NCBI GenBank assembly: GCA_964385825.1
Contig: CAYLPX010000002.1
Span: 1,281 to 65,280, forward strand
DNA from: an uncultured Candidatus Saccharibacteria bacterium
Lineage (GTDB): Bacteria > Patescibacteriota > Minisyncoccia > Phycocordibacterales > JAKFXT01
Length of the DNA: 64,000 bases
Direction of reading: 5' to 3'
This document shows, in pieces, positions 17,947 through 28,200 of this stretch. The notes under the pieces are model-generated. The model was not told where the DNA came from. It did not search any database and saw only the letters and a list, made by a program, of their open reading frames with translations. The translations under genes and the position numbers were made by a program. Numbering within the stretch: the stretch's first letter is position 1; each line of letters opens with the position of its first letter.

Positions 17947-20900
17947 TTAGTGCTGACTTGCCTTAAGATCTTGAATAAGCTTAGCGAGGGCTGAAATGGC
18001 ATTTGCCATTTGATCCAACCGTTCGTCCTTGAGTGACGCCCCCACTGAACCAAAATCAGTGGCAGGAACAGGAGCAGCAGGAATTCCAATGTAGCCAATG
18101 TACTTGTTTGCACTAGCTCCTGTTGTAAAGCCCCAGAAAACCAAGTTTTGACCCCTATAAGCACTGGCGTCAAAACTAAAGCCGTGATAAAGCGTGGCCG
18201 TACTGCAAGCACTTGCTACAGACTGGGTCGATAAGAGGTTTGCATTTCCTGATCCAACAGCTTGATTGCCAACATAGGCTCCAAAAGTAATAGACTGATT
18301 AACTCCTTTTTCACACATCCAGCCCGTTACTATTCCATCCTGAGTAACATTATCAATAGAGCCCATAACAACCGGGGTGACAGCTGGAGCCACTGGAGCC
18401 TGAACCACTGGTGCTGGAGCCACTGGAGCCTGAACAGCTGAGGCCACCACCTTAACTGGAGTATTTGTTCTGAATAAATATGTATACCCATTAGAAGAGC
18501 CCGGTATTTTTTCAGTGAGATACACAACATCATAATCTCCAGCAACTGCTGGCGCTTTTATTGTTCCACTTCCTTGTAATTGCGCTTGAGTATAAACACC
18601 TGAGTACGAGAGGGCTGGATCCCACTGTTGTCCTGCCTTAGCAAACACAACTAAGTTAGATGGGCCAAGATATGAACTAGACAAATCCCTAACATCCCAC
18701 GTGACTGTAACAAGACCACCTGGCGCAACAGAGGCTGGGGTTGCGGTTAGTTTTAGTGGAATACCTGATTTTGCAGAAACGGGAGAGGATAAGGCACTCA
18801 CATTTCCCGCCGCATCATATGCTTCTACTGTATACGTATACAGAGTATCTGGGGCAAGTGGTCCATCAAGATAATTAAAATTATATGTTGTTACCCCTGT
18901 AATGTTTCCTGTGTCATACCCCGTCACACCCAATGCTGTACCGAGTGTTTTTACCAAAACGCCATTACGGTATATTTTATATCCTGCAACTCCGACATTA
19001 TCATCAGACCTGTTAACCACAACAGTCATGTTTAGATTATTTTCCGCCTTACTAAAGGCTGCTACAAGGGCAATACTTGGAGTAGTTGGGGCTTGTGTGT
19101 CACCAATAGTAGGATTTGTGGTTACAGTAAGAACATTTTTAAACCTCCTCAATTCACTTGGGGCGTTTTCTTGAGTCTGTCCTGTAAGGGGCCATATGGT
19201 ATACGTCGAAGAATATAAAACAATATCATATACACCCGGGGAAGTTGGGGCGTTTTGCTTAGCAGATCCTTTGAGTATGTTGTTCATTGAGATTAGAGGG
19301 AGTCCATTTTGAGCATCTGAGTTATACCCACGGGCAACAAAGCCCAGAAAAGGTTTCGACGGGCTACCGATAGTAGAGATGTCCCAGTCTACGGTAACCA
19401 AAGCGCCCGGCACCACAGAATTAGGAGATATCATTACTGATACTGGATTAATTTCAGTTGATATGAGGAGTGGAGATGATGCCATGGACATGTTTCCAGC
19501 AGCATCTAATGCCTTTATTTCATAATAATAACTTGTGCCTTTTGTAAGGGTACTGTCTGTATAGGTTGTAACGTTGCCAAGTGTGGTAACAAGTACTCCC
19601 CCACGATATAGCTTGTACCCCGTTACTCCCACATTATCAGTTGAAGGAGACCATGAAATAGTTACTGATGTCTGAGTGATACCCGACGAAACTACATTTG
19701 ATGGAATAGATGGTGCTTGAGTATCAGCAGTACCCACTGGACCAGTAATCCTTGTTGTAATGGGCATAATAGAAGACCTTGCTTCATTTCCTCTTGCATC
19801 GAACGCTACAACAATAAAATTATATTTCGTTCCGGGTGTTAAGCCGGATATTGCAATTGATGTAGATGTAGTAGTCCCAACAATAATATCATTTGCCGCA
19901 TTTGGGTCGGAGGAACCTTGCAGTACCCTGTACCCTACTACTCCTACATTATCCGTTGAAGCGGCCCAGGAGAAATTGAACCCTGTCTGTGAAAGACCTG
20001 ATGAAGATAATCCTGTTGGAGCAGTTGGTGGTTGTGTATCTGGGTTTGCACTAGTTGTTATAGTAAGGGGTGATGATTGTGATGAAAGATTCCCAGATGT
20101 ATCCTCAGCAGCTACTGTAAAACTGTATATAGTGCTGGGGGTTAACCCTAAAACGGTATAAAAGTTACCATTAATAACAGCAATCTGTTTTCCATTTTGA
20201 TATAATCTGTAATCTTTAATACCAACATTATCTGTTGATGATTGCCATTGGATAGTTGCGACCGAACCGAGCACATTGTATGAATTTACATTAGTTGGTA
20301 CCGATGGAGCTTGAGTATCATTATTAGCATTAGAAAGCAGTCCTATCTCTGGCGTAGCCACAAGAAAGGCTGTTGACTGAGAAGAAGTGTTACCAGCACT
20401 ATCCTGAGCGCTAACCGTAAAGCTGTAATTGTTTCCAGCAGAAAGACCGGTAACTGCATATGAGGTTGTTTGGGAAGATCCAATTTGAACACCATTCTTA
20501 TAAACCTTGTACACAACGGCCCCACTGTTTCCAATTGAAAATGAAGCGTTCCATGAAAGAGTTAAACTGGTTTGGGTTAAGTTAGATGCACTCAGATTTT
20601 GTGGAATTGATGGACCCTGAGGAACTAAAGCCTGATCCCGAAATCCTACACTACTAGTAGCTGCCACAGGCGCTACGGGAGCAGCAACGTTAGAAGCAAC
20701 TACACTTGCACTAGTTGTGACTGTAAGGCCAGATGACTGTGGAGAAACGTTACCAGCAGCATCAACCGCAGCAACAGAATACGTACCGGTAGTATTTGGC
20801 TGGAAACCAGAGAGCTGAATCTTATTTGAAACCGAAGAGCCAATAAAAGTTCCATTTCTAAAAATCCTATACCCTGTCACCCCAACATTATCAGAAGGGG

Positions 20901-21474
20901 TCGTCCACGTAAGACCGAAACTTACTGTTGTGATGTCAAAAGCACTGAGATTAGTTGGGATGCTTGGTGCTTGGGTATCAGAGGCACTGTTTGAAGCAGC
21001 TGGGGCAACTACAGATGAGGAAGTTGCTGCTACTGATTGCTGATTGTTCGATACCCCATTGTTTGCTGTGGCCACTGGAACCACTGCACCTGAAACGGTG
21101 TTTGAAACTGGTTGAGCAGAAGCCGAGGATGAAGAGCCGCAACTAAGCTCTTTTACCTTCGCCCGCGTAACCGGCCCCACATTACCAATAGGCGAAATAT
21201 TGTTAGCACTCTGGAAAGCTTGAACTGCCTTTTTAGTGAGTTTGCCGAAATAACCTGTTGGGTCAGCATCTAGATAATTAGTTTGAGCTAAGTACACCTG
21301 TAATTCTGTAACGTCTCCTCCCGTATTTTTGTCTCGTGAGCCGAGGACTAGGTTGTGTGTAATGGTAGTACATTCTACTTGTACAGCAGCATCGTTCACT
21401 AAGTCTTGAACTATGGCTTGTGCATTAGCTAGTAGTGGAGCTACTAAGATACTGCTAAGAGCAAAAGATACCAC
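17947..21474 (-). CDS. giant secreted surface protein (1175 aa): N-terminal peptidoglycan-binding-like domain plus multiple fibronectin type III repeats
   Basis: A signal peptide is followed by a PG_binding_1-like segment (TGYFGKLTKKAVQAFQSANNISPIG). Then about 8 FN3-like repeats with the recurring DTQAPSxPxNL ... SDNVGVxGYxxYRNG pattern. Confidence 0.8.
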   Translation of the reverse strand: MVSFALSSILVAPLLANAQAIVQDLVNDAAVQVECTTITHNLVLGSRDKNTGGDVTELQVYLAQTNYLDADPTGYFGKLTKKAVQAFQSANNISPIGNVGPVTRAKVKELSCGSSSSASAQPVSNTVSGAVVPVATANNGVSNNQQSVAATSSSVVAPAASNSASDTQAPSIPTNLSAFDITTVSFGLTWTTPSDNVGVTGYRIFRNGTFIGSSVSNKIQLSGFQPNTTGTYSVAAVDAAGNVSPQSSGLTVTTSASVVASNVAAPVAPVAATSSVGFRDQALVPQGPSIPQNLSASNLTQTSLTLSWNASFSIGNSGAVVYKVYKNGVQIGSSQTTSYAVTGLSAGNNYSFTVSAQDSAGNTSSQSTAFLVATPEIGLLSNANNDTQAPSVPTNVNSYNVLGSVATIQWQSSTDNVGIKDYRLYQNGKQIAVINGNFYTVLGLTPSTIYSFTVAAEDTSGNLSSQSSPLTITTSANPDTQPPTAPTGLSSSGLSQTGFNFSWAASTDNVGVVGYRVLQGSSDPNAANDIIVGTTTSTSIAISGLTPGTKYNFIVVAFDARGNEARSSIMPITTRITGPVGTADTQAPSIPSNVVSSGITQTSVTISWSPSTDNVGVTGYKLYRGGVLVTTLGNVTTYTDSTLTKGTSYYYEIKALDAAGNMSMASSPLLISTEINPVSVMISPNSVVPGALVTVDWDISTIGSPSKPFLGFVARGYNSDAQNGLPLISMNNILKGSAKQNAPTSPGVYDIVLYSSTYTIWPLTGQTQENAPSELRRFKNVLTVTTNPTIGDTQAPTTPSIALVAAFSKAENNLNMTVVVNRSDDNVGVAGYKIYRNGVLVKTLGTALGVTGYDTGNITGVTTYNFNYLDGPLAPDTLYTYTVEAYDAAGNVSALSSPVSAKSGIPLKLTATPASVAPGGLVTVTWDVRDLSSSYLGPSNLVVFAKAGQQWDPALSYSGVYTQAQLQGSGTIKAPAVAGDYDVVYLTEKIPGSSNGYTYLFRTNTPVKVVASAVQAPVAPAPVVQAPVAPAVTPVVMGSIDNVTQDGIVTGWMCEKGVNQSITFGAYVGNQAVGSGNANLLSTQSVASACSTATLYHGFSFDASAYRGQNLVFWGFTTGASANKYIGYIGIPAAPVPATDFGSVGASLKDERLDQMANAISALAKLIQDLKASQH

Positions 21475-21607
21475 TGCGAAACCTTGGACCCACGAAAAAT
21501 TTTAGTAATCATTGTGATTAAATACGGAAGAAAACATTATCTTAATAAGTATCTATAATTAAACCATAGGAAGATGGCGGAGTAAAACGAGCTTAGAGTA
21601 TAAGAAA

Positions 21608-21644
21608 CCCCCTACAAACCCGCTGGTTTGTAGGGGGTTTCTTT
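21608..21644 (-). terminator. intrinsic terminator downstream of the 171 aa gene
   Basis: ccccctacaaacccgctggtttgtaggggg, flanked by T-rich sequence on the minus strand. Confidence 0.65.
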
Positions 21645-21653
21645 AAAAACTTA

Positions 21654-22169
21654 CTATTTAACCTCAAAAAGAATGTCAAAATCATCCACATTATCAATAG
21701 CTCGCCACTTAGTCTTATCCCCCCTCCTCACAAATCCCTGTTCAAGTGAACGGGTCATGCCAAACTCCTTAATAACTGCAATCTCAGTAGTAGTTCCAAG
21801 GGAAGTACACACAATACCTGCCAATTCCCCCTTTAAATACTGGTAATTGGTGCCATTTACCACTTCACAGGTCCCATCATAGTGTCCCGCATCATACTTA
21901 GTACCGAGCTCGTTTAATGTAACAAGGGTTACCGGCTCCTCATGGTCTTCAAAACGAGGTAACTTAGTCAACTTCCAACTAAAAGAATCCCTGGTAATTG
22001 GCACAGGATCTTTTTTGAAACTAGATTTAAGAAAAGAGGAAATGTCGTCATTTTGCCAGACAAAATAATTTGTCCCTACAAGGAAAAAAAGGAGAAGGAT
22101 AAGAGCTCTATTATTTCGTATTCGCTCCTCATTCTTTCGTACAACTTCTTCAATACTCCTTTTACTCAT
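21654..22169 (-). CDS. membrane-anchored hypothetical protein
   Basis: 171 aa with an N-terminal TM anchor (ALILLLFFLVGTNYFVW). Located between the two giant genes. Confidence 0.5.
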   Translation of the reverse strand: MSKRSIEEVVRKNEERIRNNRALILLLFFLVGTNYFVWQNDDISSFLKSSFKKDPVPITRDSFSWKLTKLPRFEDHEEPVTLVTLNELGTKYDAGHYDGTCEVVNGTNYQYLKGELAGIVCTSLGTTTEIAVIKEFGMTRSLEQGFVRRGDKTKWRAIDNVDDFDILFEVK

Positions 22170-22200
22170 GTGGGTTAATTATACATACAAATATACAATT

Positions 22201-22228
22201 AACAGCTCACGTTAAAGCGTGAGCTGTT
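22201..22228 (-). terminator. hairpin downstream of the 2831 aa giant gene
   Basis: aacagctcacgttaaagcgtgagctgtt. Confidence 0.6.
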
Positions 22229-22250
22229 AATAATTAGGCTATGCCAGTAA

Positions 22251-25200
22251 TTATTTCAAGGTTTTAATAAAAGCTCGTGTTCCCGCACCAAAGAAGCCAC
22301 TCCCCCTCGTAAGCCCATTTGGGGTTAAAATCTCTGCTGTGTGAGCTTCTTGGAACTTTGCTAAAGCACGAGAGGTTGCAACACCAAAATAGGTAGTCTC
22401 ATTGCCGAGAGAACCTGCCCCACTACTTGCTACAGTAAATCCATGGATATTAAGGAATTGTTGAAGTAGTCGTACGTCCTCGCCGCGCATACCAACTTTT
22501 AGATTACGGGTAAATGAGCTGGCTGCACTAGTTTGCACTTGTGTTCCAACGGCAGAAGTGGGGGTGGCACTAACAGCCCCGCCACTTGCCGCATTTAATT
22601 TTGCACGAGTAAGCGGCCCCACTAAGCCATATCCTTCAACTGAGCTGTCACAGCCTAATCCTTGTGCACACTGGAACTTTCCAACAGCTGCTTTTGTGGC
22701 TACTCCATAAAAACCACTATCACTCCCAACTTCAAGATATCCAGTTTTAATCAAGAACTGTTGGAGCAACCGCACTTCATTGCTACGAAGCCCCACATAC
22801 AGAGGGTTTTTAAACACCGTGACATATACTACTGCCCCGCTACCAGTGCCAGTACTACCTGTTGATCCGCCAACTGCTCCTATGGCACCATTACCAAGGG
22901 AAAGTGATACACTTCCTCCTGCGCCCGCGTTACTTACTGTACCAGAAGAAGATCCTCCGCTACTTACAGAACCTCCCCCACTACTTCCCGAAGATCCCTT
23001 TACAGGAACTGTTACTGAAGTGGTGGTCATGTCTGAGAAATCACCAGTATCGTTGACTGAGAAAATACCATAATAGTATGTTCGACCCTCATTTACATTC
23101 ACATCAATCATGGTTGGTAGTGTTGTAGTTCCAACCACAATAGCCGCTGCATCATTTGGACCTGTTAGCGTTGAGTCACTTCTAATAACCTTAAAATACA
23201 CCGAACCATCAGGATAATCAGCTGCTGACCAGGAAAGGATAACACTACCAAACGTAACAGCTACAAGATTCGGCTTTGGTGGCAAAGCTTTAGTCTTCAC
23301 CGTGACTACGTTCGAAATCGGAGAGAGATTACCACTGTCGTCTTTTGTACGAACACCAATTGAATACGTAGTGCCCGGTAAAAGATTCTGAAGTTTTAGT
23401 GATTCAGTTAAACCAGCAGCTTCTGGTGCCTTAACTGCATTTGAAGGAAGTAGTGTAGCTGCTGTCCAGTTATCAACTGATATTACGTCATTTGCAATAT
23501 ACCGAACTTCATAAGCAGTTGGTTTTACGAACTGACCTGAGTTTGCTGGCGCACTCCAAGCCAATTGGAGTGCCTTTGCAGCTCGCTCTTTAATATTGAG
23601 GTTGTTAATCGGGGCTAAATTGCTATTAGCTGAAGCAAGAGTGGTGGTCTTAAAGGTACTGTCTTCCGAAACAAGTGGTGCTGTTACCCCATCAGTAATA
23701 CGCACCCTAAAGTGATATAGCGTCCCCGGAAGAAGATTTGGAATAGTCACCACACTACTCATAGCAGCAGCTGCTGATTGCACTTGTCCATATGAAGCTG
23801 TAATTCCGTATTCAACAGTTGCGGTAACTACTCTATCCGCTCCAATTGAAATAACGGCTCCGGTACTACTTGCTGAGGAATTCATACTAAGTAACTTAGG
23901 TGGAGTAACAACAATATTAGAGACAATTACTGAAACATTGCTTGATACTGTCTTATTACCAGCCGCATCACGCGCCTCAGCGGTCAAAACATGAGCGCCG
24001 TTTGTAACTGATTGAGTATTAAAGCTAAAAGTATATGGAGCTGAGACATCCTCAGTAAGTGCCTGTCCATCAACCTTAAGCACTACCCCAACAACGCCAA
24101 CATTGTCAGTTGCAACAGCTGTAACAGCGATAGTCCCGCTCAAACTACCACCAAGATTTGAGTTTGTGATAGATACTGATGGTGCTTGTGTATCACCCGC
24201 GGAAGACCCACCATTATTTACTGGTACAACTGGCACTACAGGTGCTGGTTGAGCTGGATTCCCAGGATTCGCAAAGTTTGGTTGAGTATACCCATTAGTA
24301 AGAGCCGAGGCACGAAGCTTAAACTGACAAGTGTTACCACATGAAAGATTGGAAAGTGTAACTGATTGTGCTGTGCCAGCAGATGCAACTTGAGGCATGT
24401 TTGGCACATTAGTGGCTGCCCAGAAAGCTATATTACTTGCAGGATCGAACTCATAGGTAAACGTGAGGCTATTAAAGTTAAGGTTTGGAACAATATTTTT
24501 ATTTGCATACTTGAGCTGGTACACATCCATACCCGCTGGGGCTGTCCAGGATATCCGGTATGTTCCACCACCAAGTGGTGTAACGTCGAGCGGAACAAAA
24601 CTTACTTTTACATCACCTGCATGAGCCACGTCATAAAGAAAACGTAGATTACCAATATCAGAGTTAGCGACGGTGTCTTGGTCCTTATCAACGTTAACTG
24701 CAAGCTGCTTACCAAGTGTGAGGAATGTTGAATCGCCAGTTGCTTCATAGGCAATAGATGCGCCACGACCAAAATCATAGGTACGTCCATCCTTTGACGT
24801 GTCTGGAACTGTTACATCATAGTCATATGCCACCCACGGCTTACCATTATTCGCAGGGTATCGATAACTCTCTTTTAGGTTAAAGTATCCAAGACCCTCA
24901 AGGAAATCCATGAGATCTTGTTTGGTATAACTTAGTCCTGGATAAGCAGCGTTCTGGTAGACATGCCCCTCTGGCGTATAGCGATACACTTCATAGAGCG
25001 TGGCCGGGAAATACGTTGTTGAGAACATAGAGTGCGATGCTTGTGGGTAGCCATTTACCGGAGCTGCAGTATAACCACGAGTAAGATTGCGTCCCACATC
25101 AGGCTTACCTGGATACTTAGTCTCGGTTGAAAGGAGATAATCTACATACCTATCAATCTTTGTTAGGTAGCGAGTGTTCCCTGTCAGCATGTAAGATTGT

Positions 25201-28200
25201 GCTGCAACTCTCGCGCCAGATAGTCCCAGTCTATACTCAATGTTTCCATCAGCTGCACCACCATAGCGATTATAAGCAGATTCGGCTAACTCAGTAACAG
25301 CGTCTTTATAACGCTCATCGCCCGTGAAGTAATACGACATGAACACGCTATACACCCAGATATGCTCAAAATCATCTTCCATCCCGTTTATTCCGCCATC
25401 AATTGGCTTGGTTGGCACTAAACGATTGTAATGATAATCATTTCTAGCTGTGCCAAAATCAAAGTCATCAGAGTACCAAGGGAACTGATCAGACACGAAG
25501 TGTGTTCGCTCAAGTGCATTTAACATTTGACCTGTGTTTCCATTTCGTACATACGTAAGTTGCCATGCAAGCGCAATATCACGCTGGTTAAGTGTCCCAC
25601 CCTGACTTGAATCCCAAAGACGAGTCACTGCACGGCTACTATTAGGGATAGTAAAGTTAGGCCGGCCATTAGCTGCAAAAATAGTCTGCTGTTCTTGCAT
25701 TGAGGCAAGACGCTTCTCACCAAAGAAAGCGCCAGAGTCACGATACTGCTCAAACGCCGCACGACCAAAAAGTGGTGTCTGGTTTTCAGTATTAATAGCT
25801 GCATTATCAACAGGAGTTGTGTGGAAGTTGAACATTAAATCACGTGACTCATGTACCCCCCAATCGATACCGAGCCCTGTTTTATTGTTACGTTTTGAGA
25901 ATATACCAACTGTTACCTCTCCATTCCCATTGAACTCAAGGCCGGATGGGAAGTAAGCGGCCATATTGCGATAGGCTACAGTAACCCCATCATCATTAGT
26001 ATCTTTAAGTTCTCCATAACCAAGTGCATAGTCAGTAAGATTATCAGCGATGAAATCTTTAACTACTGTTCCATTTTTTACAAACCGAGTTCCAATGTCG
26101 GTTGTGTAGTTAACTGGCGGTATGAAGTACCCACCTATATTCCATTGCCAAAAATCACTGTATGAAGTATCTGCTAGGCGCTTAGTGTACCCCTGGAAAA
26201 GATACACATTGTCACCACTTGCAAGCACCCCAGTTTGATTACCTTTACTTGTTGGCAAACTATATGAAAGGTTTTGTTTTAATGCAGTTCCTAAAACAAG
26301 TTCAAAGGAATTAATCGGGATAACCGAGTGGGTTGCATAGTATGCATTACGTAATACTGGAACCACTTTAACGCTGCTTGAGTTTTTGCTAAAGGTGAGA
26401 TAAAGGGTGTAGCCAAGTGGGGCCTGATTCCCTGCGGCATCCTTAAAACGACCTTCAACTTTTACTACTGATTTAGCTGGACCGTTTTCAGTAACGGTTA
26501 CGGTTGGCGTATCGTAAAGCGATGAGTAAGTTAAGTTACCCGGCAAAGTAAGTACTGCTCCTCCATTATTTCCTGATTCAACGAGTGTAGTACCATTCAC
26601 CACCACCTTATCAAAAATATTGAAACCATTTTTGCGAATAGTGAACTGAGCGACTCCCGTATCAACATTGACCGCATTACCCACGTCAACTGCCATGTTC
26701 GGTCCCCCACTACTACCGGAGCCATTGGTGAGAGTTACAGTAGCAGTCCCCCCTGCTGGAATATTTGCTAATGTATCAACCAAAACCCATTGCAAATTAC
26801 CGCTTGGATGATAACTGAGGGGTTTGAACTGATACACCGCAGCACCAGAAAGACCGAGCTGACTAACTGAACGAATATTATCTCCGTCCTTAAGTGGGAT
26901 ACCGAAAGAAGCTAGGCCGTTTGTTCGAGTTGTACCAGACTCTCCAGATGGAAGGAGTTCATTAATCGTAATAGGGATGTTAAGTGAACCTACATTCAAA
27001 TTAACTCCTGCAGTAACTACATTTGCAGATGTCGATTGAGCAGAATTATTCCCGGCAGCATCATAGGCTGAAACAGCATATGTATAAGACGTGGCAGGCG
27101 AAAGACCTGAATCGACATAGCTACTCGAAAGCGCTGTGCCGATCTGCACACCATTACGAAATACTTTGTAGCCAGTAACTGCTACATTGTCAGTTGCAGC
27201 TGTCCATGAAAGATTTGCTTGGAAAGATGAGGCGGCAGAAACAGAAAGACCTTGTGGGACCGTTGGAGCTTGAACATCCTGTGGCCCTTGATTTTGGTTC
27301 GCAGGCGGAACTTGGTTTACAACAGGAGCTGCTGCTAGAGTTGTAGTACTAACACTTGATGACTGAGCAGAATTATTCCCGGCAGCATCATAGGCTGAAA
27401 CTGTATACGTATACAGTGTTGAGGTGGCTAATCCCGTATCACTATAACTAGCCCCCTGAGAGGTACTAATCTGTGTACCATTACGAAATACTTTGTAACC
27501 AGTAACACCAACATTGTCAGTTGCAGCATTCCAAACAAGCGAAACAGCGTTTGGTGACGTGGGAGTAGTACGAAGATTCTGAGGAATACTTGGGGCCTGT
27601 GCATCGGGAGCACCAGGCTGAACCACCACAGGCGCTACCAATGCTCCGCCAGCCGATGCCCCAGCAGTTGCGGTAAGAGTAACTACTGACATAGTGCCAA
27701 TATTTCCAGCAGCATCATAGGGAATTACTGCGTATGAATATTTGGCCCCCGCTATTAAACCAGAATCTGTATAACTAGTGCCAGATGTTGTAATAGTTAC
27801 TAATTGCTGAGCATCAGCATGACGAGCAATCCTGTAACCAACAACTCCAACATTATCGGTTGCGGCGTTCCAAACAAGGCTTATGGAAGTATTTGAAGTG
27901 GCTTGTGCTGAAAGATTTGAGGCAGCGGAGGGAGCAACTTTATCACTTGGCACTACCCCTTTTACAGCGTTTGGATCTAGCTTATAGAAAAATACTGGCT
28001 CGTTCTTGTGATTATTCACCAAAATGAAAACATTTTTTGAAGGAATATAACTAAAACGAGAGAAGGTAGCATTGTTGGCCCCATTATTAAGAGCCCAGGA
28101 GTTCCTTGGAATGGAACTAAGCGCACTGGTGCCAATTCTTGTAACTGCAAACGTATCTGGATTAATAACGTATATATCCTCCGGCAAAATCACGTGATCG

